From NCBI GenBank assembly GCA_964270895.1, contig OZ185436.1: a stretch of DNA of 64,000 nt. One strand, 5' to 3'. Numbering within the stretch: the first letter of the stretch is position 1; each line of letters begins with the position of its first letter. The position numbers were made by a program, and so were the translations under genes. The notes under the pieces are model-generated. The model did not search any database, was not told the DNA's origin, and was given only the letters and a program-made list of their open reading frames with translations. Shown piece by piece: positions 52,701 to 64,000 of this stretch. The DNA is from Podarcis filfolensis. Its lineage: Eukaryota.

Positions 52701-55135
52701 ATCTAAAAAGGAGTTTGTATAGTGTGGAAACATTTTTATTCCACATAGCTCCTGAATATGTTTAGCATGTGTTTGTTTATTTTTCCTGAAGCCAACAGTT
52801 TAGTTTTATTTTATTTGGTAAGAGAGCTAGGATTGTGACAGTTATCTGATTTTCTTTTAATGACCAAATTTTACGCTGTGAAGAGCAAAATGAATCACTA
52901 CCATTAACGCTGAGTTGTTACAAACAAGATAGTATTGAGATAATAAAAGGCCCTAAGAGAGCAACAGAAACCGAATGACAGCTTCCCAAACTCATTAGGC
53001 TGATTATGGTGCGTTTCCTCTCCATACATTATTCCTAAGGCGCTAGCATTTAAAAGTGTGTAAACATTATGATGTCTCTTTTAATCCACAGAAATGCATG
53101 TGCCTAAGTAGTGAAAGTACGTTTTGAGGTTTTACTGAACTTCTTTGCAGCAGAATAGAAAACACATTTCTATAAAACACTTTAAAGTGATGTTTTCATA
53201 TGTGGGCCTTGAATCATCATTCAAATGAAATAATGCTGGAAATAGTTATTCTTTCTGACTGTTTCAGCTCTGTTTCAATTGCAGGCCTAGCTGAATCTTA
53301 TAAATTAAACCGAGAAAAGATTTGAGAAGGAATTCAAGTCTCACTGTTTTGACACCAGAGTGGTGGATGGGACAGCTATAGCCTCTCTTCCTATATATTT
53401 TTCTTGGGCACCTTGCAAGACACATGAATTGCTCCACATGCCCCATCTACCTCCCCCCCCCCTTGCTCTTCTGATGCTCTTATTCTCTCCTCCTCTTCTG
53501 AAATCTTATTCTTTGATACTGTTTGCACAGAGGGATGGGGGAAATCAGTCAGGACTGAGGCTAGTGTAAAGATTGATTGTGGATATCCACTCCTATATGA
53601 AACAAGACTCAAGATTTATTGTCCTCCTTTTCAGTAATTGTATATTTAGCAAAGGAATGATCGTACCAGTCCTTGACATCTGTGCAGTTGCTTGCTAATT
53701 TTATAAAATCCTCTCCATATGAAGTAGTCTGCTAGCTCCAGAGTCCATCACTCCTGTGGGCAAGGTAATGTGTGTATATGAACCAGCATGGCCTGGCTTA
53801 AAAACATCCCCCTTCCACAATCACAAGTTGCTCACCTGTGCTTAGGCAGAGCTGGTCTATATGTACTTTGTGATAAGTCCTTGTCTCCTAGTGTTTAGTC
53901 ATGCCTGTGTCCACCAGCAGGTAACTCATTCCTCCTAAGAAGTCTGGATTCCTGCCTAGCTAGTGCTGCTCTTGTCAGAGCATCCCCCGTTACCATGGAA
54001 GCCCATTCTTCTCAGATGACATGTGCCATGGTCCTTTACAGCTGGGAGAAAATGTCTGTGCATTTGATCTTCTGCCCTGCCCTGTGGTGCATGAAACCCA
54101 AGAGTGCTGGGGAAGCAAGCAGCACTGGTGGGGCCCAGGAAACCGCTTCACTTTCTGCTCTTTGCACTGTGAGAGAACTTTGCAACCGAGGAGAACAAAT
54201 CTCCCTAAAAGGGCCTCACTTCATTGGGAAATGCAGGCAGTGATAAGAGGAGCTAGTGGGGGATGTGTTGAAGTTGGGCTGACACAAGTTGTTTTGGGAG
54301 TAGTCCTCTGAGAGACACATGTGGCAGGGTACAATTTATGGGCCCCAAGAATCAATAGGTTGTGTGTGTGTGTAGTGGGGTAGAGAGTGGCAGCAACTTT
54401 AGCTCTTTCTAAATCACCTTTCTGGGCCAAGTTCATGACACCATAGTCCAGAGTTTCCCATCGTGAGCATTTGTTGATAAGATCAGAGCATCCCATGCCA
54501 GGAATAGGAAGGAATGTCTGCCGGCACCTCCTGTGTTGTGTGGGTGGGGTCTCTGCCTGCTCCCTAGGCTCTAGGATCTGGACCGTGAAATTGACCCCGA
54601 TGGGGCTCTTACATAAGTTTCTGTCTGCGCTTGGAGACTAAGTGGCTGTCAGAGGCACAGCATCGCCCACACGACAGACAGGAGTGCCTAGGGTGCTGTG
54701 CTCTCTGGGCTGTAATTTATCCTGCCAACTCTACTCAGTGTGCCAATAGAGACACAGCTTTCTGCATTTGGGCACAGTTACATAGGGTGGGAGATAAGGA
54801 CGGTGTGTGCCAACCATGCATTATTGCTGCCAGGAGTCCAAGGCCTGCCTAGGATTCGTATCTGTGAAGGTCGAAAGTCAGTCTCCCTGGACTCTTCATG
54901 GCGATGGTACAGCCAGCCCCCTTGGCTATGGGCTGGCCCTATGGTGCTTACCTACAACATCTGAGTCCACAAACATGCTACTGAAAGTTCTGCCATGGTG
55001 ACATTGTCCACCATCCCACATAGTCTTGGAACTGAGTCGGCGGGAGACACGTCATTATCAAGTATTTAATTGCTCGTCTTGGAATTTGAGCATTACAGAA
55101 CCAGAGTGCAATTGCTCCCCTCTCTCCAATGTGGT

Positions 55136-55462
55136 GGGACATGGGTAGTGCTGTGGGTTAAACTACAGAGCCTAGGACTTGCCGATCAGAAGATCGGCTC
55201 CCGTTGTTCGGTCCCTGCTCCTGCCAACCTAGCAGTTCGAAAGCACATCAAAGTGCAAGTAGATAAATCGGTACCGCTTCAGCGGGAAGGTAAACGGCAT
55301 TTCCGTGCGCTGCTCTGGTTCGCCAGAAACGGCTTAGTCATGCTGGCCACATGACCCGGAAGCTGTATGCTGGCTCCCTCGGCCAGTAAAGAAAGATGAG
55401 CGCCGCAACCCCAGAGTCGTCTACGACTGGACCTAACAGTTAGGGGTCCCTTTACCTTTACC
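55136..55462 (+). mobile_element. Sauria-type SINE with internal deletion of the B-box region
   Basis: Colinear with 764-1113 but lacks about 28 nt containing GGTTCGAATCC; same CCTTTACCTTTAC tail. Confidence 0.9.
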
Positions 55463-56009
55463 TCCACTGTGGTGGTCACAGCAATCTCTCAGCCTCTTTG
55501 AAGGCAACAGCATTGTGGGCGCTCCCTTTCAGAGGACAGGCACGAGGCATCTTTCTTGGGCTTCACTTTTGAGATACTTAGACAACTGGGAAGAACGAGC
55601 CATCCATGCCATGCGCCTGACCCGCCACCAGCCATATTTACCTTTGCATCAAGTGCCTTTGTGCTCCGGCAATTTGCTTCAATTAGGCTCGTTATCTCAG
55701 TCAGAGGCACCTGGTGACGGCAGTGGCTTCCTTGCAGGGGGTGGGGGGAGACATCAGCTCAGTCTGTGCCCCTTGCTCACCACAGGCCTGTGAACAGATG
55801 GCTGAGGTGGTGGTTCTTGAGTCCATTCTTGTCTGCTCTTGGGTGTGAAGGTTGCAAGAGAGAGGAAAATAATAAACCAGGCAAATACCGCTGTTATGTT
55901 TCCAAAGACAACTTGCACTTCTGGTCACTGTGCTTGTATTCCATGTGCAGTGTGAGCCTATATGCAAGATAGCAACTCATTTTTTTATTTCAATGGTTTA
56001 TATGACACT

Positions 56010-56324
56010 TGTATGCCCCACCATGTGTGAATCCCTTGCAAACAACTGCAGTGCTTGGAGACAGAAAGTTCATGTATCCAAGCGGTCATTTCTCCTCTAG
56101 ATCACATCCTCTAGACTGCTGGGAAGAGCACAGAGAAAAGAAATGCCATGTTACATCTGCAGCCATTAAACCAGATTCCTTCATCTGCCCCAGCTGCAAT
56201 AAAACATGTCTCTCCTATATCGGTCTCTACAGCCACAGCAGGCACTGTAACTTTCCAGCAGTTTGACTTTACGCCTGATAGTGCATTCTTCCATTGTCTC
56301 CCCAGACAGACGGATACCAGCAAC
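56010..56324 (+). mobile_element. RTE-clade LINE 3' end with C-terminal C2H2 motif
   Basis: FICPSCNKTCLSYIGLYSHSRHC followed by CCATTGTCTCCCCAGACAGACGGATACCAGCAAC, typical of RTE-1 3' ends. Confidence 0.75.
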
Positions 56325-57526
56325 TGTGTGCCGCTTCCTCACAGCCTTCTCTAAGCAGTTGTACAGGGGACCCAATAGCATAAGACTAAAAATGGGTTAA
56401 ACCTTTAAAATCAGACTTCAATTAAAATGCTTGCTGGAATAAAAGAGAGCATTTGGTAAGCTCTGCGAGTTCAGCATGTCTGAATTTTCAAAACAGCCAT
56501 CACTGCCATCGTTTGGAGCAGAAAGCATTTTTCTCCAGATTGCACAGATTGCCCTACTTTGCGGGATTTTGTGTCTCTTCTCCTGTTGCATGTTAACACG
56601 GAGTGAAGGCTCGGATTAAATGGTCACTTGGGCCTGCTGTGCCTTTCAGATTCTTGAGTCCTAAACAGAATGCGTGGGTACCCTGTGGCCATTGATGTTG
56701 GCTCTGGGACATGTTTACAGTCTGTTGGGTCTTAAGCCAATCAGGCCCCAGGTGTGACTGCGGTCTGGCTGAGGGCGCAGAGGGCACTGGATTGTGTTCC
56801 TTCCCAAATGAGGGAAGGAAAAGCTCTACATCTCACGGCTTGGGAACGAGGTGTTGTTTTGAATTAAAACCAGTGGGAGATGAAACGAGGAAGGCGTTCA
56901 CTGGAGGGTCACAGGCATTATGAATGCCAAGCAAATAACTGGCTGTGTGCATGTACCCCACTGTCAAACTGAAGAGGGTGTGCATGCGTAGCAGCGAGCG
57001 GAGTGTTAATTTGGCATATGCTTCCCTGTTTGGGGGGACATTTTGGGAGGCGGTGCACTGGGGGAGAGACAGGGAGACTAATCCCATGAACAAGGGGATT
57101 GTCCCGTTCCTAAAACTAGCTCAGGGAGACTTAGAAGTCACATGCTGCCAAAGCACCTTAGGCGGAGGCACAAAGGAACTGGAGAGAGTGTGTGACATAA
57201 CTATGCTCTCCTGTTTGCGCACGTAGCATGGGGGGGGGGACGGGACACGACGACAAGTGCTATGTGTTTGTGAAAGATGTTACACAATTTACGTTTCTTC
57301 TGTAACCCGTCCAGCAGGCATCCAAAGTGAGCACAATGGGTGCATCATCATCCCACGTCAGGAAAAGGGCCATGCACTTTCTCAAGTGTGGTGCTTTGCA
57401 GAAATGACGCCGCTAGTGGATTATTGAGTACATCATTGGCCATGTGTGTTCAGTACCTGGTTCAGGACATGACTGGGCAGGGCTGCAGAGCTGAGCAGTC
57501 AGTATGATTTCAGTGATCTAATATCA

Positions 57527-57657
57527 CAGGTATGGGAAACCTGTGGCCCTCAAGATTTTTTTGGACTCTTAACTCCCATCAGCTCTGGCTGGGATGGTCA
57601 ATGATCAGGGAGGATCATGTAGTCCTGCAATATCTGGAGCGTCACAGGTTCCTTCCT
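57527..57657. mobile_element. Short hAT-type palindromic MITE, degraded
   Basis: CAGGTATGGGAAACCTGTGGCCCTC ... TCACAGGTTCC; same architecture as 17037-17157. Confidence 0.65.
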
Positions 57658-59712
57658 AACAGAAAAGGATCTGGGATCTGCTGGAAGTTCATTTTCAAGC
57701 TTACCTGCTCTCTCTTCTTCCTCAGTAGGATCTCTTTGTCCCATCTTCAAGTTTTGCCTGCTGTTACTATCTCAAATAATGCTTTGTGAATCAAATTACA
57801 TGTCAATATGAATGCTTTTTTTCAGGCTTGTATAAGCATTCAAACTGTTTCCACAGATGTCTGTAAGAATCCACAATGAGCAGTAACCCCAGGCCCTTTC
57901 AGTTGGCATTCAGGCCTTATTCCAGGTCAGATAATGTGAACAGTATTTAATCTTAAAAATACACCCTGGCAGCTTTAGGGGGACCTTTCTTAGATCAACC
58001 TGGTACAATTCTGCACTGCCTGAACTTTATTCCAGCTCATTCTATGTGTACATGTCTCCCTCCACCAGAAGTAAAGAGAACAAGGCCTTCACAATGAAAA
58101 TGCTACTCCTGCCGATATTTTCCGTGTGATGACCACCTGTGATGGAGACCCCCTGAGCAGTCCTGTTGGACTTAGCAGTTGGAGCAAGGGCTAAAAAAAT
58201 ACTTGCTCAAGGCCAGACAATTGCTACGCAGCAGAAAATAATGAAAATTATGTTTCTGGTTTATAGTCGATTCCCATTCACAGGAAAGCTGCAGAGGCAG
58301 AAAGAAAGCAATCTGTCTAAGACCAGACAACAAGTCCATGGCTAGAAAGCATTCTCTGCCCACAGAGGCAATCCACACCATAGTATACGGGCAGACCTGT
58401 GATGGGATGGAAGAGGAAGAAACCAGGCTGGAAGCAGGTAAGGAATGGAGAAATCTGCTCTCTACCCCACCGGACCACCTGCCTCCTGAAGCCTGCCACA
58501 GCTGAAGGTGATTGTTTCCTGCCAGTGCTTAGACTGGCTACAAATGGGAATGGGCAAGAGGGAGGTAGCAGGAAGCTGATGGCCTCCGACTGCTCTGATG
58601 ATTTCCTAACATGCCTGCACTGAAGACTTCTTCCATACTGCAGTTGGTGTCCTGCTATGGCACATCACTAAGATGCGTATGCATGGAGTTATTATGTGGC
58701 TGTTCATGTTCAGAAGCCACATTTGTGCATGCGTGCACATGTGAATGTACATATGCTGAAAACCTTTTTTAAAAAAGAAGGTTTTTTTGGACAGCGTGGA
58801 ATGCAGTGTTCTTAAAGAAGAACATACCAATAGTTGCTGCTTGGAGATTTTGGAATCAGAGGGTGCTAGTGAAACACTTTTGTAAAGGGACTTGGGGACT
58901 GGATGGGACATCACACAGGGGTAGGAGTTGGCAATTACCTGTTTCTTGCAGTGGTTCTAATTTAAAGCTGCTGCGTGGCCTCCCTGGAAAGGTTAGTACT
59001 TCTGAAGGACAAGGCTGGTGCAGGACACCTGTTCCTGTCCATGCTGGTGAATGAAAGGCAGTCCAGGCCCCAGCAAGGATAAACATCTCAGTGCATCAGG
59101 AGGCACCGTCTAAGTTGCCAGGACATACAGCACAATTTATTGGGTCCTTCAGTCACCCGAACATTGGCACTGACAGGCAGACATACGCAGACACAGAAGT
59201 GGCCCTCAGAGCTTGTATTGCCCACACAAGTAGATTTACAGAGTCACCCAGCACAGAAGGTGCAAGCATGCCCACAGTGCGGATGCAATGGTAGAGCCAC
59301 GTACAAAGTCAATGACCCAAGTGAGCCGTGTCACTTCCGCATAGATATATATACTGAATGGTAGTACTGTTTTCCTTCCAAACTCTGCAGGCAATGCTTT
59401 CTGCACGGCTCCAAAATATCTCTTTAAGTGGTATGCCATCCCATGTGCCCTGAAGGCAAAGACGTCTCTGTTCCAGAGACGACATTTTCATATGTGCGAA
59501 AGTGGATCTGCAAAGTTTGTACTCGGAGAGCCCAAGTTTTGCAACCACTAAATTTGGCCTTTTGCAAATGGGACACTTCGCATAGGACAATTATACATAC
59601 ATTTGCATGTTTTGCTGCACAATTTGTTTGGGGAAAATGAAAGAAACATATGATAGCCTCTAGATATATCCTTCCCTATGACTGATTTTTTAAAAAAATT
59701 GCACAGACCCTT

Positions 59713-59736
59713 TGTGTGTGTGTGTGTGTGTGTGTG
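59713..59736. repeat. (TG)12 microsatellite
   Basis: Direct reading. Confidence 0.95.
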
Positions 59737-60253
59737 CATTTAGCAGATAGTGCTTGTTCTCTGTAATTTATGAGGACTAGAAACTTGGTTGTTGGATTTT
59801 GGTTGTTGTTTTTTTTAAAAAGAGGAAATCGTAGATTCTTAAGGAGTCTGATCAGTGCTGATTCTGGCACAATCATAAATGTGCAGGCTTTCAAAGTTTC
59901 CTAACAACGGTACAGAATCTCCTCCCACTACAAAGCTTGTTTGGCATTGTCACCTCTGTCAGGATGCCCTGTGGCTGGGCTGTCCCCTGGATCTCATGTC
60001 CTGGAGCATTCAGCATGCGGACAGGCAAGGCAGCTCGTCTTGCTGGGTCTCTCGTAAGCATGTCTCCAGCACTGACAAGGAATTTGCACCATCTAGTCCA
60101 CGCCGAGCTGCTTGGCAGAGGGCACACTTTCCAGTCATGTGTCCCACAGCCTCCTGGGCTGCCAGCTGCCCTCTTTGCTCTGCAGGACGGCTGCCTCAGG
60201 GGGCAAAGAGTGAGACAGGCCCCATAAGCCAGGGGCAGACGGGCAAGTCAGCT

Positions 60254-60547
60254 TCAGAGGTTGCTCTCGGCTGTGTCAGGGAACTCGTAGCAATGGGGCT
60301 GCTCGGCCACTGCCAAGTTTTCACTGGCACTGCATGCTGTCCTCTCCAGGTACTGAGTGCTGGTGTGCATGGTGGCTTGGCTGCGGCCCAGCCCATTGAG
60401 GTAGTTGCCAACCAGCTTGTGCTTCTCGCCGGTCCTGGTACCCCCGTTGCGGACATGGGGTGTGTGGCTGTACGTGTTCTTGTATTCCTCTTCTATGTCC
60501 CAGCCAAGCTTCCAGCGCGTCCATTTCTTCATGAGCTCTGACTGCAC
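60254..60547 (-). CDS. GCGR: GCGR last coding exon (helix 8 and C-tail)
   Basis: ctccatag| [15 protein letters not shown]...[11 protein letters not shown]. Confidence 0.93.
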   Translation of the reverse strand: MQSELMKKWTRWKLGWDIEEEYKNTYSHTPHVRNGGTRTGEKHKLVGNYLNGLGRSQATMHTSTQYLERTACSASENLAVAEQPHCYEFPDTAESNL

Positions 60548-63502
60548 CTATGGAGATAGAAACATTTGCGGGGAGGATGTGTTATTTACTGGTTTGAGGT
60601 TGTATTTTTAAATATTATTATCCGCTGTAGGCTCCTCTGCCACAAATGGCAGGATTATAAACCTTTATAAATAAACTCTGTATTAATCTCATGCATATGA
60701 GAAATACAGCCAGTTTAAGGGCTCACAACTGCAAGTTGCATACAAACGTGTATTTGAACATGTGTGCTTCATGTAGTGAAAAGCAACCTCAGAAGGGAAA
60801 ATTTTTCAAGGAGAAGGGTGCCTGAAATGTTTCCCACTGCCATTTTTACCACATCTCCCCCTGCCACATGACACCCTCAAATTCCAAAATCAGCAGTGCA
60901 GACTAGACCTTTGCCAAGAAGATCTGACATATTGGAGATGGGAGGATGCGGTGGAAAAGCATCGGACAGAGAAAGGGCTAAGCAGCACCTCTCTTACTGC
61001 TCTGTCCACTGAAAATTGCACATGCCCCTTTCTGAAACCATGTGCAGCTGGTCGGTTGCAACAGAAATGGGTACAGAAAGAAGCAAACACAACCAACAAC
61101 ACTTGCACAGATTCCGTTGTACTTGTAACAACAGCTCCGCACTGGTTGTGTTCTGCTTACACAGTTCCAGTTACATGGGCGACAGACACACACGGATGAG
61201 GAGCTTTGACTGCATCTGCCTTCTTACCACTTGAATTAAGCTGGGTGGGTCACTCATCTCTGACAGTATTTCAAAAGACATTGCATCTTGCTCCAGCTGT
61301 GCCTCCAATACCACTCAGATAATACAGGTGGAAATCATCCTTGCTGCCATACATTCCTACCTGTGCAGCAGCTTGCATGTCCTGTATCTCCCTCCTCCAC
61401 CACACCCCCACCCCAGTTTAGACCACACTTACCTCCTTATTCACAAAGCAGTAAAGAATGGCCACCAGCATTCCCTAAAGAGGCAGAGAAGGCAATCAGA
61501 ATAATGCCATTTTACTGTATTTTTCCATGTATAAGACGCCCCCTATTTTGGGGGACTCAAATTTAAGAAAATGGGGGGAGATGGCTCAGACATCTTGAAC
61601 TTTTTGGGGGGAGGATTGCGCTTTGGGGGAGATTGCACAGGGTTGTTGAGCTCATCTGACCCCCTCACCGGCAGAAGTTGCCTATCGTCTGTCCAGTTGC
61701 CCCAGCTTCAGCCAATCAACGCCAGCCCTTGACACAGCAACCAATAACACATCCAACAGCCATGGACAGACACGGCAGCAGCCAATCAAACATCCACCCT
61801 ATGCACTATCCATGCACTATGCCACTTTTTAGCATAATTTTTATAGAAAAAAAAACCTAGTCTTATACACGTTAAATAATAATAATTGCAACCATAAAGG
61901 CTTGTCTCTCTCTGTATGGTTTTTGAATGGGCCTGAGCAAAGAATGGGCTTCTGGTGTGCCTCACCTGGAAGGAGCTGAGGAAGAGGTCAAAGAAGAGCT
62001 TGACATAGCGCAGCGTGCCCTGGGCATGCTCATCGGTGACAAAGGCGAAAACCACCTCGTGGATTCCCAGCAACGGGATGAGCGTCAGTGTTGACTTGGC
62101 CAGCCTAAATGGGGCATCAGCTAATTAGAATGCATCACAAGCAAAAGGCAGCAGCAACCCACAGTATTCAGCCCGAACCCCGTATGAACCACCTACCTGG
62201 TGGAGGAACAAATGGGCTTATGAATGACAAGAAAAGAAACCCGCTGGACTCGTATCGAAAGCCACTTAAAAAACCCACGTCAGTGTACCCATCCCCGAAA
62301 CCCATGGACATGTGGAAGGGATACCCCTAACCTACAAAGGCTGTGATGCCATGGGCAATGATGGCGTAAACAGGACGTAATAGAAGCTTCCCGTCCCAGG
62401 AAAAGCTATGGCACTGTAGAGCAGAGAAGGGTGGGAGCAGGAGCCAGTACCGGAATTTGTAGTCTGTGTAGCGCATCTGGTGGGCACGGAGCTTAGAGAC
62501 CAGTATCTGAATGATACGGATGAAAATGAAGAAGTTGATCTGAAAGAGAGAGAGAGAAGCAGGCTGAGTGGGAAGAAGAGGCAGGACTGCAGCAGAGTCA
62601 AAAGACACGCATAGCAAATAAGGGTCTAATTTTAGCCACGATTACTACTGTTATTAATTCTGGACCCATCATAAGCTCTCAGTGGCTTGCACAGGTCTCC
62701 CCAAAGTGCCCCATCCAGACTGTGACCATGTCTATGCATCACTGGGGCTATAGGAGTAGACGTTTGCAGAGCATTTACTGGATCACTGGTATATATGCTT
62801 GCTAATAATATTTTGTGATTTGAGCGCTTAGGGAAAGTGCTATCTATAATATACATACTAAATTATTGTTTTTGGTAATATGGACAACAGGGGTGGCTTA
62901 TCTTAGGCTTGGAGGCTAAATTGGGTCCCCAAAGAAATGTTTTCTCACCCCACCCCAGCAGCATTTTGACAGCACAAAAAACAGCAGTTAATTAGTTGAC
63001 ACAGTGCTGGTTTAAGCCTCTTTGCCGTGCTCAGCACCTTGATGGTGATGCTGTGTGCCCTCTCCCCTGTCATCAACTTCATCATTTTATGGACGGTGAG
63101 GCGGTTGATAATTCCCTCAGCTGATCTGCATCCATCAGTTAAGGAAGTGGGCTGTGTGCCTCTGTGTGCATACCCCCAACGTGGCTAATGTGGTTTTCAG
63201 GCCAAAATTGGTTCACAACCTACCCCTGGCCTGACAAGGTGCATCACATTGTGGCCCTTAGACATTTTATTACTTGGAGGTTGCCCTATTCATTTTTCAG
63301 GAACACCAAATAAGAAGGCTGGAGGCAGGAAAATGATTGTTCCGTCTGCATTTTGTTGGACAAGGGCAGTCATTGTGGGCGGTTCAGTGGGCATCTGAGA
63401 CAAGCAAGGAATAAAGAGAACTCACCAAGATGGCCAGGAACACAGGGAAACGCAGGATCCACCAGAACCCCATGTTATGATTGGTACTCCAGCATCTCAG
63501 GA

Positions 63503-63546
<44 letters not shown>

Positions 63547-63824
63547 AACCATGGATCGTGTGCAACAAGTGTGGCCTGGCACACTGTCCTCTTCCTTGCA
63601 GCACCTCCCAACCCCACTGCTCACACTTAGTACAATGTGGTCTGCTCACACCCATAGCCCTCATAGGAATATCACCTGTTAAGTTGCCTGGCAATGACAG
63701 AAGCATTACAGATAACCTACAAACAGTTTGCATGGCAGAGACACACACTGTCCTGGAACTTACTGAATATTTTCATAAAGAAATTTCACCACTACCCATG
63801 GCACAATGAAGAGTACTGGGGCAC
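60254..63824 (-). CDS. GCGR: Glucagon receptor, 3' part (TM4 to C-terminus); the 5' exons lie beyond the window end
   Basis: complement join(63764..63824,63426..63495,62451..62539,61966..62104,61433..61474,60254..60547) in frame. Motifs [85 protein letters not shown]. Class B GPCR; synteny with MCRIP1/P4HB favours GCGR over its paralogues. Confidence 0.93.
61433..61474 (-). CDS. GCGR: GCGR exon, 42 nt (TM7)
   Basis: ctctttag| [14 protein letters not shown] |gtaagt. Confidence 0.95.
61515..61878. mobile_element. Tc1/mariner-type MITE in a GCGR intron
   Basis: TA|CTGTATTTTTCCATGTATAAGACG ... GTCTTATACACGTTAAATA; imperfect TIRs. Confidence 0.55.
61966..62104 (-). CDS. GCGR: GCGR exon, 139 nt (TM6-TM7)
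   Basis: catttag| (R)[13 protein letters not shown]...FLSSFQ |gtgagg. Confidence 0.96.
62451..62539 (-). CDS. GCGR: GCGR exon, 89 nt (TM5/ICL3)
   Basis: ctttcag| [31 protein letters not shown]|gtactg. Confidence 0.95.
63426..63495 (-). CDS. GCGR: GCGR exon, 70 nt (ECL2/TM5)
   Basis: tttcctgag| (Q)[23 protein letters not shown] |gtgagt. Confidence 0.92.
63501..63548. repeat. (GAAA)12 microsatellite
   Basis: Direct count; it is the polypyrimidine tract of a GCGR acceptor. Confidence 0.97.
63764..63824 (-). CDS. GCGR: GCGR exon, 61 nt (TM4/ECL2)
   Basis: cttccag| [22 protein letters not shown]|gtaagt. Confidence 0.94.
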
Positions 63825-64000
63825 CTGGAAGAAAGAAAGAGAGACAGGATTTATTTATTTATTTTAAAAAAGGAACAGCCTCTGTCTGGCAGGACAGAGG
63901 AATTTAACCTAAGAAGAGTTTCTGCGCTAGATTCATCCTGACTCAAGATCTGCCAGTGGCTTATTATATGCAACCAGGAGGTGCAGGGAGTCGAGGGATC

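Noticed and set aside
59879-60541. 220-aa + strand ORF
   Set aside because: Antisense shadow of the GCGR last exon and 3' UTR, with no domain features.

Overview
Vertebrate genomic DNA from a squamate, probably a lacertid lizard (inferred from the Sauria-type SINEs, BovB and Squam3-like repeats). It contains four intron-containing genes in the same order and relative orientation as the human 17q25.3 cluster. P4HB/PDI (+) is complete, with 11 coding exons at 8841-27045, 516 aa, two CGHC sites and a C-terminal KDEL. PPP1R27 (+) is complete, with 3 coding exons and 150 aa. MCRIP1/FAM195B (+) is complete, with 4 coding exons and 97 aa. The last six coding exons of GCGR (-) run off the right edge of the window. 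All exon boundaries were read by hand, and the frames join without stops. The rest is intronic or intergenic DNA with SINEs, LINE fragments (L1, BovB, RTE, L2, CR1), hAT and Tc1/mariner-type MITEs, an LTR-like element and simple repeats. The best candidate for something undescribed is a cryptic alternative first exon in P4HB intron 2. It has a strong-Kozak ATG at 12486, an acidic 7 x 8-aa repeat and a phase-1 donor at 12720 in frame with exon 3, and an RFX X-box-like motif lies upstream. It would give a PDI lacking the signal peptide and the a domain. Other points of interest are a GAG acceptor in GCGR fed by a (TTTC)12 microsatellite, a same-strand CACG/TCACGTGGC cluster in P4HB intron 7, and a CpG-rich MITE carrying NRF1 and CRE motifs. 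No databases or programs were run. Repeat family names and orthologue comparisons come from recalled consensus sequences.
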